A stretch of DNA of 64,000 nt from the NCBI RefSeq assembly GCF_036321535.1, contig NC_087447.1:32304001-32368000 (forward strand), in the 5' to 3' direction. The notes beneath the pieces were generated by a model that was not told where the DNA came from, ran no database searches, and worked only from the letters and a program-made list of their open reading frames with translations. A program made the translations under genes and the position numbers. This stretch comes from Camelus dromedarius (lineage: Eukaryota). This document shows positions 37,790 to 51,700 of the stretch, piece after piece (position 1 is the first letter of the stretch; each line of letters begins with the position of its first letter).

Positions 37790-38870
37790 TACTTAAAGGA
37801 ACTAAAAGGGTTTTTATTAGAAACTCAATCAATGTAAGAGACCATTTTAATAGATTTAAGGAGGCAAATATGAAACCATGTTGATTGATGCAGAAAAATG
37901 CATCTGATAGGGGGAGGGTATAGTGCAGTTGTAGAGTGCGTGCTTAACATGCACGAGGTCCTGGGTTTGATCCCCAGTACTTTCGTTAAATAAATAAATA
38001 AACAAAAATAAAACTAATTGCCTCCCTCCCCCAGAAAAAAGAAATTTAAAAAAGAAAAATACATCTGATGTATTTCAATCACTTATTAAAAACTATTTAT
38101 TACTCTAAAGTAGGATAAGAAGGTAATTACCTCAAACTGATCAAAAGCACCTACCAAAATCCTGGGGTGAACATCAATCTTACTAGGGAAAAGTCAGAAG
38201 CATTCTTTTTGGAATCAAGAACAAAATAAGAGTGTATGATCACAGTCAAGACTTTATTGGAGCTCTTACTCAGAACAATAAGATGAAAAAAGAAAAAGGC
38301 AGAAGAATCAGAAATAGAGGAGAAATCTATGATTATTAACAGTCATGTTAATGGGCTGTCTGCATAGAAAACCCAAATGAAATTAGACAAAATTATTAAG
38401 AATAATAATAGAGTTTATCTACATATTTCATTCCCATATACTCACAAAACACTGGTAGAAAACATTATTTTTAAAAAGATATCATTTACAATAGCAATTA
38501 AAATTAGAAGTATCTAGAAATGGGTTTGACAAAAGATATATGACCTATATGCCAAAGTTTAAATATTTATTTGAAGTCATTAAAGTCCAAAATAAATGTT
38601 CATGAATAAAAAGACCCAGCATAATAAAATGTCAGTTGTTTTCACTGAAACAATCAAAATGTAATTTCAGTCAAAAACCCAAAATACTTTTCCATGTGAA
38701 ATCTGACAAGATGATTCTAAAATTCACATGGAAACATGAAAGAATAAGGATAGCCAAGACATTTCTATAGATGAAGCGTAAGTTGGTAAAACCTGTCCCA
38801 CCAGAACTGAAGAGTTAACTAGGGGAGGGGAGTACTGGTGCAGGAACAGACAAATCCTGGAACAGCGTGA
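37790..38870 (+). mobile_element. Old L1 ORF2 remnant hosting the SINE at 37910
   Basis: GATGCAGAAAAA-CAT-TGAT, GAATCAAGAACAA, CATTTACAATAGCA and CTGACAAGATGATTCTAAAATTCACATGGAA are L1 ORF2 hallmarks. Confidence 0.65.
37910..38052 (+). mobile_element. tRNA-derived SINE (camelid vic-1-like)
   Basis: GGGGGAGGGTATAG..CAG.TGTAGAG head with A/B-box remnants and an A-rich tail. TSD AGAAAAAT(G/A)CATCTGAT at 37892-37908 and 38053-38069 (16/17). Confidence 0.88.
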
Positions 38871-39582
38871 AGACCTAGCACGAGGCTCGCTCTTGCTGTG
38901 CGGCATGCATGGTCCTGCAGGTGGCGGAGAGTGGGGAAGAGGGGCTTTGCAAGTTTTTGAATGTTGGTTTGTAGGCTTAATTGTACTTGTTTCTTTTTTC
39001 CTTTACTCCTCTGACTGTCTCTTTTCCTCTCTGTGCATATTTTATTCTCCCTCTTGTGTTTGGGTTAGGAGTTACCTCCATTCTGCTCTCCAGCTTCTCA
39101 ATCTAGACCTAGGGTTTAAAAAACATGTGGCAATACTAGGGACGTGGTGTATCAAATACTGTTTGAAAGGGTAAGCCTGCCTTTGTCAGCACACGAAGTA
39201 GCACCCCAGGAGCACGAGGAGACGGTGGGTTGGGCGAGAGCAGAGGAGGAGGGTGCTTTCTACTGTCTTTCATGAATAAATAGGAATAAACCTAGTTCCT
39301 GGTTTCAGTACAGTGAAACTGGCTAGTCCCCTGTCTTAAATAGTGCACTTTTGGTCCACTTCACGCTGCAGGTGCTAAACTCTGACACTATCATTTCCAA
39401 AGCTGGAGCCGTACAAGATAACAGGCTTATAATTCTTAATCTTTTTCCCATGGAAATTTTCACCTTATATTTGAGATCAGCTGTCACTTTGGTTTTCTTT
39501 TTTTATAAGGTACTCATTATTGCTATGCTTTTGGGACAGAGAGTGATGCTTTCATGTGTTAGCATTTCATTCATGGCCTAGA

Positions 39583-40054
39583 TGTACAACCAAGCAGGAC
39601 CCTATGGGGCCTTCCCGGCCATGTCCTTTGCTTTAGCTCCTCTCTAAAGTAACCTAGATACCAGTATCTGATGCACATGTCCTGAGCTGTTCTACAGATG
39701 TGAAAACCTCCACAGAATAGAAGATGTTGACTACTTGAGGACCATGAGCATATGGACTGGAACCTAAGGACTGATAATGGGACCCCTGTGACATGAGCCT
39801 TTTATCTCACCACCAACCAATCAGAGGACAGTGCACGAGGTGATCACATGCCCTGAGACCCTCTCCCTCACCTAGTCTTTAAAAACGTTTTCCTGAAATG
39901 TATCAAGAGAGTTCCGGCTTTTACAGCATTAGGTGTCCAGGACTCCTTGCTTGGTGCCTTATAGTAAACGCCACACTTCCCTTCACCACAACTGGTGTCA
40001 GCAGATTGGATTTACTGCACACAGGTGAGCAGATCTGAGTTTGGTTTGGTAACA
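39583..40054 (+). mobile_element. ERV solo LTR in ANO5 intron 17, antisense to the gene
   Basis: TGTACAAC...GGTAACA termini; CCAATCAG, TTTAAAAA and AGTAAA occur in U3-R-U5 order. No clean TSD. Confidence 0.7.
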
Positions 40055-40403
40055 GAGGTGTCCATGAACACAGACATTTTTAAAGGGTTCAACTTTTAGT
40101 AGTTTTGAAAAATAATATAAAGCATGTAGAAAAATCTACAGAGCATGTAACACTTAGATTTCCCAGTGGAATCTTCACAGGAGAGAGAGATAATTACCTT
40201 TCCCTCAACTTTACTCAAGCAATAGAGATGCATATTTTAAAAAGTCTGTATTCCCTTAATATGGTCTTGATTGTTGATTAAAAGTGAAGTCTTTTTTTTG
40301 TTGTTGTTGATGTAAACCTTTGCTAATCAAAGGTACCATGATAATCAAATTTTCCAGAGGAAATCTCTCGTGGTTACTTAAATCAAGCAAAAACTCTAAG
40401 TCA

Positions 40404-40508
<105 letters not shown>

Positions 40509-40699
40509 CTAATAAGAAGGAAAAGGAGAAAAATAAAGTGAATGATGAAAGATGGACTTCTGCCACAAAAGAAATCCCAAGCCAGACAGTTAGAATCTGA
40601 AGATTTGGGTTGGAATGGATATTAAAGGGATATAAAGGGATATTTAGCTCAATCGTTCCAAGCACGATCACAGCGCAGTACCAGTCTAGCTGCATTAGA

Positions 40700-40838
40700 C
40701 TCAACTGTGAAATATGTTAAAAGCAGATTTCTGGGTCTCATCCTTAGAAGATTCTGAAACTTTATATCTGGGTTAGCGCTGGAAGTTGTTATTTTCTCCA
40801 CATGATCTAGATGCACAGCCAGGTTTGGAAGCCACTGA
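40700..40838. mobile_element. MER5A-like DNA transposon remnant
   Basis: TGTTAAAAGCAGATTTCTGGGTCTCATCC...GATGCACAGCCAGGTTTGGAAGCCACTG. Similar remnants near 12870 and 22290. Confidence 0.55.
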
Positions 40839-41180
40839 ACTGGTCTAACTCTACACATGGTGGAGCCCTTTTTGCTGTACCTCCAGAAAGTTATCATCCG
40901 TCCTTTGCCAGAAGCCTTCAGGAATATAGAACTTACTCATTCCAGTTCATAGCTCGAATTTTATACCTAATAATAGGTAAAATATAACTTCTTGCCCAAA
41001 AGTAACTGGAAAGTCTATCAGATACCAGGATTCCAAGACCAATACCCTCTGTAGACAGAGTCAGGGTCCTAGACTTCTGCAACTTGGTAACACCTGACTT
41101 AGCACTGGGCACACCGGAAGGTATTTAGTTAACACTGAGTTACTGAAGCCACAAACCTCACTTCTCAAGAGAATTTTTAC

Positions 41181-41350
41181 CTCTTCACTTCTCCACACGT
41201 GAAACAAATATGTGTATCTTCCGGGATAGCCCACGATCTTCCCTTTAAAGAAAGCTACGTAGAAGCAGGACGAGTAATAATTCACAAACTGGAACAGGAA
41301 CATTTTCAAGGTAAGACTGCTCTCATACTCCTGGTAAGTTCGAGGAAGTT
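41181..41350 (-). CDS. ANO5: ANO5 exon 16, 170 nt, (E)[56 protein letters not shown]
   Basis: Inside ORF 41061..41474(-). Acceptor accag|A, donor GAG|GTAAAA. Confidence 0.95.
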
Positions 41351-42977
41351 CTGGTAAATAAAAAACACCAAGGTTTAATAATGCTCCTTCCTTAAATGTT
41401 GTACTCCTCAGGACAAGTGGACATCTAGTCATGTTATTCTGAGAGTCTATTGAAGTGCTCCCCACTCTGGTCATAATTGATCAATATTAAGTAACTATGG
41501 ATATGTTCTAGGCTTTCTGTTAGAGATTTTGTATTAATCTAATCACTGGAGAAGCTTACGAAGCTGTCCTTATTACATTTAGAGGGATGAAATACATGCC
41601 TGGGGTCACACAGTCAGAATACGGAATTCACAGCCTTATCGGGCTGAAGAGCCTATGCTCATCCCCATACACTCTCCAGTATCCTGTAAGCATATCAGAT
41701 CTCTCTCTCTGATCTGTTTTCAATCACGTTTAAGCAGAGTAAATTATATAAAGGGCAGAGGATGATTTCCAAACTGAATTGTGCATTCCTCTCATGAATT
41801 AAATGGCTTTATCAATTGTGAAAATGATGTCATGCAAATAATGGCAGTAATAGTACACATTTTCCCCTCTCTTTTATTTAAAATGCATGCTCATGATCTA
41901 TCATTTAATGAATTCCACAGATAAGAAAATGTTAGCTTCTCTTCGCACCACAGTAGAACAACATAAGGCACAGAAGAGTAAGGGAGCATGTTTTCCTGAG
42001 CTGACGATCTCCCAAAAGCATGAGCTGATCCAGCCAAATCCATGACATTTTTAGCGATACCGAAGTAGTAACACATATTCTAAAAACACAGATAACTCCT
42101 CCGTCTTACTGAAATTTAGTTGCACTCCTACAAAATCTCTAATGTGAGTACAAGTGATTTTCCTGGTTGGAGAAAGCTGAAGGTTTTTTTTTAGGTGCTT
42201 TGTTTTTGGGTTCTATTTGCCATGAATTTTTTCTTTTTTTGCTGTTGCTAGCAGAAAAAAGAAGTAAAACTGAGGTAGAAGATCTTCAGATTTGAAAATG
42301 GTATCTAATTACAGTTGCTTCCCAGTAGTTGCTCTGGTGCTGAGTATACAGTGCTACCTTTTTGGTTCCCGTTGGCACGTCAGTGTATAGATTTAGAGAG
42401 GCGAGAGCCTCTGCAGAGAGCACTGCCAGAGAAGCTGAGGCTGGAGTCGTCTCTGATAGTATGTCCAACCTGCAGGGGGCCAGACCAGGAGCAACTATGC
42501 CAAGCCGCTCGCCCTGACTCAATCTCCCACTTCACCCAGTACTCCTGCAACTTCCCTCTTGGCTTTAGGAGAAATTTTTAAATTTTTGAAAGAAAATAAT
42601 CCAGGTTCTAAGACATTCAGGAGGACCTGAATGTCCTTTTTTCTCACAATGGTTTTCAAAATCTAAAAACCATATATATGAAATAAAAATTATCTGTGTC
42701 TTGAGAAAAGTGAAGATTTTTACTTAGGCTTCAACCAGCCCCATGAAGGGAGAATTAAGGCAAGAATGTTTTTCTTGTTTTGTTTTGTTTTGTTTTTATT
42801 TTTTATTTTTTTTAGTTCTTCTTCTTGCTTCCATTATAATACACCTGAATGTAGCTGCTCGGGGATTCTGAAGCACCAGGCTGTGGGTCAACTTGCAGAG
42901 CAAAAGTGCCTTAAAATATTGCACTTGCTGGGGGTGATCCAAAATGGACGTACAGCATTGGCAGGAACCCTTTTTCA

Positions 42978-43274
<297 letters not shown>

Positions 43275-43504
43275 CTATGATGCGTGCCTATCTGAAACAC
43301 TCTTCTCACCTCATGTATTAAGTTTAGCGACTCTATTTTGGAAAGCAAACCAAATCAGTCTCTCTCACCATATACAGCAGGAAATGAAAACTAGGAAAGT
43401 AAAAAGGTTAGAGACAGGCATATGGTAGCAGCTCAGTAAGTCAAAAATAAAAAAATATTCATTGCCCATCCTCTAGGTCCATCCCCTGGAAAAAGTTGGA
43501 AAAC

Positions 43505-43705
43505 TAGCCAGCAGGCCAGAGTCTGCCTATGGTCTTACTTGTTCTTGTGTAACCCTTGAGGTAAGAATGTGGGCTTTTTTTTTTTTTTTGCATTTTTAAA
43601 AGTTGTAAAGAAAAATAAAGACAATTAAGTGCCAGAGACAATTTGTAGTCCACAAAGCCAAAAATATATCTTTTACAGCAAATGTTTGGCAACTTCTGCT
43701 CTAGG
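43505..43705. mobile_element. MER58-like DNA transposon remnant
   Basis: CCACAAAGCCAAAAATAT...TTTACAGCAAATGTTTGGCAACTTCTGCTCTAG end motif. Confidence 0.5.
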
Positions 43706-44827
43706 CTGTAGTTAAACACGTAGTGTACAGATTGCTTATTTTCCCAAGAAAAATATGTTTAAAGATTTGATTTCATTTCCCTTCAGAATATTGCCATTAG
43801 TCATTTGATATGCCTGGTAGTTTAGATATTTGTATAGATCTGGTATGAATTTTATACCTTCCCATATTGCAAAAAACACAAAAATATTTATATCAATGAT
43901 TAGAGAATTTTATTCTGAAAGTTGAGGAACTGAATCAAACTGAATGAGTACCAGAAATAAAAGACAGAGTGATTTTCTAGAACCACACTCCAGAATATTT
44001 TTCAAAGAGTGTCCCAAACTGATTATTACCCCTTTTTATTTTATCATCTCTCCTAAAATGACTGTTACATCATCTAGGAAAACACAAATTTAACATAGAA
44101 AAACCAGTATCTTTTAACAAGAAATGTCCAAGATAAAACATTATGAGACAGTATTGACTGGTGAGATTAAACTATAGTCTACAACTGCTAATTATTTATA
44201 CTTCAACACGCTAACCTCTCAGAGGGTATCATTGCCTCTTTTCCTAAAATTAAAGGTCAACTGTAAGAGGACATAAATCCGTAAAGGGGAAGGCAGATTA
44301 TGACGATGATGGAGGAATCTATCAGTTAAAGGCATGGAGAAAACCTGACTCCCTCACAATGGGATATACTGATTAAATTTTTCAAGTAGAATTAACATTT
44401 TCTTCCATTTGTCTCAGCAAGAGAGTAAACCTTAATAGTATGAAGTTATTTTTCATTTTGTAGAGATATTATAAATGGAGATAAAGATGAATTAATAATT
44501 TTTTAAAAACTAACCAAATAGTCTGCAATCAAATTGTTATTCTGTTCTGATTTCAAGTTATCACCAAATTATTGAACAGCTGGAAGGGGGAAAGGCCAGG
44601 CTTTAAGATGAAGCACCTCTCTCTCCCCCAACTCCTTTTCCAAGATTCAATGATGGCACATCCATGTAAATTACAGTTTATCTTATATAAGAGCGCTACT
44701 GAAAAAAATATACTGTGGAAGGGGACGGAAGAGAGGGACTCCAGAGCCATTGTAGATGAAACTGCTGACATAATCCCAATACGACCTTACATCAAATAGA
44801 TGGTAACAGTTTTTAAAGAACACTCAC

Positions 44828-44902
44828 CCATAACGTCACTGTGGCTCCCGATAAAAAGTACCATGGAATACGATTACATAGAGGCATGTGAGGTTCCATC
44901 TC
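44828..44902 (-). CDS. ANO5: ANO5 exon 14, 75 nt, [25 protein letters not shown]
   Basis: Manual translation. Acceptor tacag|G, donor TGG|GTGAGT, phase 0 at both ends. Confidence 0.93.
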
Positions 44903-45816
44903 CTGTAATTTTGAAGAAATCACAGCAAAATTCAAAATCTACCCTTAAAGTTAGGATTCCAAGCAATAGTCAAAATCACAAAGTCCCGTTAAAGTAGAAA
45001 CCTCCCGAGTGGGGTCACTACTGCTCATGGAAAGTAATGGCTCCTTACTTCTAAGTAGAAATCTGTAGGGCTCTTAGATGAGATATTTTACAAATTATAT
45101 GAGATATACAAGATACACACTATTTCCTGAGTGTTGAATTAGAGTGGTATTCAGGGTGAGATAGACAGGAAAGCAAACTCAAAACCTGAGGGATGCTGTA
45201 ATTGCTCTGCATGATACTAAATAGGGTGCCTTATTTATAGTTACAGTATTAATTGTCTTCTTCCACAGTTCAGGGGCTCAGACTTTTCCATCATTATGTT
45301 TTTTAAATCATTAATGAAAGATACTAACCATATCAGCTGATATTTTTAGCTATCTCAAGAGGCAGAGCTATCCCTCTCTGCAAATACTGCCATATAGTAA
45401 AAAAAGCTGTCAGCAGAAATCATGTAATTCTATCTAACACATAAGATTTTATATTTTCACAATCTTAAAGATTTTCAGAAAGAACTGAATGCTAACAGAA
45501 CCCCCAGATATGTGTACATACATGTGATTATGCACATGTGTGTGCATGTGTGTATCCAGTGTATGTGTGTTCGTGTGCCTGCGCATATTTGTATGTGCAG
45601 GTGTGTGTGTCCATGCATGCGTGTGTGTGTTCCCAGTAGACTCAAATGTAAAGTTCTGGTTGTGCTTAACCACTGAAGGAACACTGCAACAAAGTAAAAA
45701 ACAAAACAAAACAACAAACAAAAAACACTCTCATTTTCAAAACCATTAGAGCTAAGTGAAGTAGATGATTCACAGTGAATCAATACATACTGTCCTTCAA
45801 CTGGTTTCAAATGTAA

Positions 45817-45968
45817 GGGGGGGAGGGTTTAGCTCAAGCGGTAGAGCGGATGCTTAGCAAGCATGAAGTCCTAGGTTCAATCCCTGGTACCTCCTCTAAA
45901 GTAAATAAATAAAATAAAATAACCTAATTACCTCCCCCCACAAAAAAACAAAAACAAACAAAAATAAA
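45817..45968 (+). mobile_element. tRNA-derived SINE (camelid vic-1-like)
   Basis: TAGCTCAAGCGGTAGAGC A-box, GGTTCAATCCC B-box, A-rich tail. TSD CAAATGTAA at 45808-45816 and 45969-45977. Confidence 0.88.
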
Positions 45969-47001
45969 CAAATGTAAACATTCAGTACAGATTGTCTTTA
46001 GGTCAATAATTTTTGGCAAAGCCAATAGGCCTGCTTTTATTTTCTTTTTTATCCCATTAAGTATGAATAGATAGAAGTCATTATTATGATAATATCTCTT
46101 TTAATATATTTTAATTACTTTCAAATTGCCACCCAAGTTGTTAATGTATTTTCTGAAGTGATTTTTCTCTTTATTCATTTACTGAATTTTTTTTAAAATG
46201 TATCAATGCAATTTAATAAATGTTTAGTGGATGTCTAAACTGTGAAAAGAATTCTAAGTATTATAGACAAGAATAGTATCCTGAACAGAGTAGGAAATTC
46301 TACTGAAGAGACTTTTAGACATATTCTAAATGAGACATATTCTCATATTAGAGACATATTCTATTCTCCCTCTAATAGTGTCAGGTAACATGGCGATTAT
46401 AGTTAACAGGAAGGTAGAAACTCCAAGAATATGTGGCCAAGAGTCTGCAAAGTACCTTCTATTTTCACATGAAAAACAAAAAACAAAAAACAAAAAACGA
46501 GGTGCCAAGAAATCAAATAACTCACAATATACAGCTAGTTTGCCAGTTATCCCCAAATCTAGACTTTCCTTCTCAGACACCAGTGTGATGATGTTTCCAT
46601 TACAAACAATTAGAATGGACTAGGTGAATAAACATTTGGCTAATAAAGTGATCCCTCATAAGCCCACTACCTTAATACAATACTATTTTTATGTATTAAA
46701 TTAGTATATGTATTTCCATGCATATATATTTATATGCAAAGCTCACAGCACACACACTGTTTTTCACTTCATTTGATTTCACTTAGTAGTAAGACTATGT
46801 ATTTCATGATACAATGACTTGAATTTGCTTCAAACTAATATAGTGGCAGGGAGGGGTAGGTGTATAAATGAAGAAAGACTGTCCATGAGTTAATATTAAT
46901 TGAAGCTGGGTGATGGCTCCACCCTGGGGCCTATTTGACATTTCTATCTACTTTTGCATGTGTTTGAAATGTATATTAGAAGCAAGTAAAAAAAGCCTTT
47001 A

Positions 47002-47301
<300 letters not shown>

Positions 47302-47834
47302 TCACAATAAAGAGATGGAGAAACAAATGAAGAAGAAAAATAACCGGATTTTTCTTTGCTTTAAAAAATCATATTGGCTGCACAATGGTTCTTCTGTCAC
47401 TATTATGTTTGATGATAAAATTATAAAATTATTAATTTTAGCAAAATACTACGTAATAGTGTTGACATAACTCACATATATATATATATAAGTACAAATG
47501 AGTTTCTTAGACAACAGTCCATGCAATAATTTTTTTTCAGGAACATTGCTCTCTTTCTTCATTCAGATAATCTGAAGAAATATTTAAACTTGACCCTTTA
47601 CTAATACCTAGATTTTGTCTGCCTGTCTTTTACTGAAATCATACAAGCAAATGTACCACTTTCTCAGGCTTAGGAAAATTAAAGGAAAACATAAGAGCCA
47701 TTTCACAGCACAGCATGTCTCTTTCTCTGTTTCTCTTCCTGTCTCTCTCCCTCTCTGTCTCTCTCTCTCTATATGTACAATATATAATATTATATATAGT
47801 ATAATATATAACATATACGATTTTTAAAAAACTT

Positions 47835-48745
47835 TCACTTTGAGATCCTGATTTCAATTATTTTGGGTAAACACCCAGACATGAGATTGCTGGATCACAT
47901 GGCAGTTCTATTTTAATTTTTGAGGAACTTCCACACCGTTTTCAAGCTGCACCATTTAGCAATCCCACCAATAGTATGCAAAAGTTCATTATAACTCTCC
48001 ACATTCTCACCAACACCTGTCTTCTGTTATTTTAGTAATAGCCATCCTGACAGATGTGAGATGACATCTCATTGTGGTTTGATTTGCATTTCCCTGATAA
48101 CTAATGACATCAAGCATTTTTTCATATACCTGTTAGCCATTTGCATAACTTCTTTGGAGGAATGTCTATTCAAGTCCTGTGCCCAGTTTTCAATCAGGTT
48201 ATCAGTTTTTTCTTTTACTATAGAGCTACAGGAGTTCCTGATATATTTTGGAGATTAACCCCTTACGAGATACATGGTTTGCAAATATTTTCTGCCATTC
48301 CATGGGTTGGCTTTTCACTCTGACTGTTGTCTCTGCTGTGAAGAAGCATTTTAGTTTGATATAGTCTGGCTTCTTTGTTGCTGTTGTTGCCTCGGCTTTG
48401 GTGTCATATGCATGGAATCATTGCCAAGGCCAATGTCATAAAGAATTTCTTTCTATTTTCCTGTAGGAGTTTTATAGATTCAGGTCTCATATTTCTCTTT
48501 AATCCATTTTGAGTTTATTTTTGTGATGATGTACGATAAGGATCCAATTTCACTCTTTTGCAAGTCAATATTCAGTTTTCCCAGCACCCTTTGTTGAAGA
48601 GACTGTTCTCTCCCCATTGTGTTTTCTTGGAAATTCCGTTGCAGATTAGTTAACCATATATGTGTGGATTTATTTCTGGACTTCATTCTGTTTCATTGGT
48701 ATGTATGCCTATCTTTACGCCAGTACTGTACTGTTTTGATTACCG
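47835..48745 (-). mobile_element. L1 ORF2 C-terminal fragment, same sense as ANO5
   Basis: Reverse complement of typical L1 3' ORF2 sequence (GATCCAGCAAT, GAAATGCAAATCAAACCACAATGAG, GGGAAAACTG). Degenerate. Confidence 0.8.
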
Positions 48746-51700
48746 CAGGAAACAAAGAAACAGTTCCTAACTGGCTTTCTCCCCAGGACTAAATGTAAAG
48801 GCAACAGACACAAATGCCCATCTTCCAATCTCTCCTTGAAAGAAATCTATTTGCTTACTTTAAAAGCTGCTGCCTGAGGGTCCAGCTTCCAAACAGCCTG
48901 CATCTAGGTGCTGACTGAGATCTTCCCTTTTGGGACACAAACAGGTGTTGGCACAATCCAAATACTAGGAGCCACTAAGAACAAAGAAGGAAGCTTGTAC
49001 AATCACAGGCCACACTTTCAAGTCTGGAAGAGGTAGCTGTTTTATCTAATGCACTGAAATCAACACAGAGAGGCAAGGTAAATGAAGAAACAGAGGAATA
49101 TGTTCCAAATAAAATATAAACCTCAGAAAAAGACCTTAATGAAATGGAGGTAAGTGATTTAGCTGAGAAAGAGTTCAATTAATGGTCACTAAGATGCTTA
49201 CCAAGGTCAGGAGAACAATGCATGAACAAAGTGAGAATTTGAACAAAGAGACAGATAATATAAGAAAGTAGCAAATAGAAACCATAGAGCTGAATAGAAT
49301 TATTATATTGTAAATTCAATAGAAGGGTTTGACAGCATACCAGATAAAGTGAAGAAAGAATCTGCAAATTCCAAGTAAGAGAGGTAGAAATCATCCAGGC
49401 AGCAAAATTAATAAAATGAAAATGAAAAACGAGAGGAAAAATAGTGAAGCTAGCTTAAGGGAGTTATGGGATCTTATGAAGCGGACCAACATTTGCATAA
49501 TACAGATCTCAGAAGGAGAAGCAAGAGAGACAACATATTCAAAGATACAGTGGCTAAAAAATTCTCTAACGTGGAAAAAAGAAAGAAATATCAAATCTAG
49601 GAAAACAACTGAGTTCCAAAAAAGATGAAAATGATGAGAAACACACTGAGATACTTTATAATTAAAAGGTCAGAAAGTAAGCACAAAGACAAAATCTTGT
49701 AAGCAGCAAGAGAAAAACAACTTTTTATGTACAAGGGATCCTTATGACTATGAGCAGATTTTTTTTTAGCATAAACTCTGCAGACTGGAAAGAAGCAGCA
49801 CATAGGCAAAATTGGAAACAAAAAAAACTGAGGACCAAGAATACTCTACCTGGAAAGTTTTCCAGACTAGCAAAAGCTGAGTTTATCATAACTAGAATGG
49901 CTTTTTAAAAATGTTAAAGGGACCTCTTTAAACTGAGATGAAAACATATAAAAGTATAAATCTCACTGGTAAAGGTAAATGTATACTTAAATTCAGAATT
50001 CTCTAACGTTATAACGGTGGTGGGTAAATTACTTGTAAATCTAATATGAGGGTTAAAAGACAAAAGTAGTAAAAAAAAAAAAAACCCTAACTACAATAAA
50101 ATTGTATAACTATAATAACTGGTTAAAGGATACACAAACTAAAAAGATGTAAACTATGACCCCAAAAACATAAAACATGGGAGGGGGTGAAAATATAGAG
50201 CTTTAGTATGCATTTGAAGTTAATCTGTCTTAGTTTGCAATAGACTATTATGACTATAAGATGTTTCACATAAGCCTTACTGTAATCACAGAACAAAAGC
50301 CTGTAAAAGACATGAAAAGATAAAGATAAAACATATCATTACAGAAAATCATCATATCCCAAAGGAAGAGAGCAAGAGAGGAAAAAAGGAACAAAAGAAT
50401 CAGAAAACTATTTAAAACATGGCATTGGTAAGTCCGTACCTATTAATAATTACTTCAATGTAATTAACTAAATTCTCCAATTAAAAGTCATAGAGTGGCT
50501 GAATGGATTGAAAAACAAGACCAAACTATACACTGTCCACAAGAAACTCACTTCAGCTGTAAGGACACACATGTAATGAGAGTAAAGAGATGCAAAAAAG
50601 ATACTCTATGCAAATGAAAACTAAAAGAAAGCAAGATTAGCTATACTTATATCAGCCAAAATAGACTAAGACGAAGATCACAATACGGAGCAAAGAAGGT
50701 CTTTGTATAATGATAAAGAGATCCATCAAATAAGAAGATATAACACTTATAACCATGTATACACCCAACAGAGAAGCACCTAAATACATAGAATAAATAT
50801 TAATAGATCTGAAATACAGAAACAGTCAGCAGTATAATAATAGTCAGGAACTTCAATACCCCATTTTCAACAATAGATAGATCACCCTCACAGAAAATCA
50901 ATAAGGAATCATTTGAATTAAACTACATGTTAGACCAGAGGGACCTAACAGGCATTGACAGTACATTCCATCCAACAGCAGCAGAACATATTTTCTTTTA
51001 AATGCACATGGAATGTTCTCCAGGAAAAGATCATATATTGGCACTACAAAACAAGTCTTAATAAATTTAAAAAGTCTGAAATTATATCAGGCATCTCTTC
51101 TGACCACAATGGTATGAAAGTAGAAATCAATTACAAGAAAAATGAAAACCAGAAAATTCACAAATATGCAGAGATTAAAGGATATATTACTGAACAAACA
51201 ATGAGTCTAAGAAAAGTCAAATGAGAAATCAAAAAATATCTTCAGACAAATGAAAACTGTAAATACAATATAAAATTGTGAGATGGAGCAGAAGCAGTTC
51301 TAGGAAGAAGTTCATAGTGATAAATGCCTACCACATCAACAAAATAAATGATTAAAAATATATAGTCATCTCAACAGTTGCAGAAAAATCATTTGACAGA
51401 ATTCAGCATCCATCATGATAAAAACTCTCATCAATATGGGTATAGAGGAAATGTATCTCAACATAATAATGGCCATATATGACAAGCTCATAGCTACCAT
51501 CATACTCAATGGTGAAAAGCTGAAAGCTTTTCCTTTTTGATTAGGGAAAAGACAAGAATGCCCATTCTTGCCACTTCTGTTCAATAGAGTACTGGAAGTC
51601 CTAGCCACAGCAATTAGTCAAGAAAAAGAAATAAAAGACATATAAATTGAAAAGAAGTACAACTGTCTCTATTTACAGATAACCTTAAATTACAAAGAAA

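Noticed and set aside
45510..45630. His/Thr- and Cys/Val-rich ORFs
   Set aside because: Translations of a degenerate (TG/CA)n tract.
45817..45895. tRNA-Ala-like sequence (also at 37910)
   Set aside because: SINE heads with A-rich tails and TSDs, and degenerate stems; not tRNA genes.
46317..46362. Three copies of AGACATATTCT with short spacers
   Set aside because: Local slippage duplication; far too short and irregular for a CRISPR-like array, and the DNA is mammalian.
47835..48800. Possible twin-priming inversion at the minus/plus L1 junction
   Set aside because: The two pieces duplicate the same L1 regions rather than complementing each other, indicating independent insertions.
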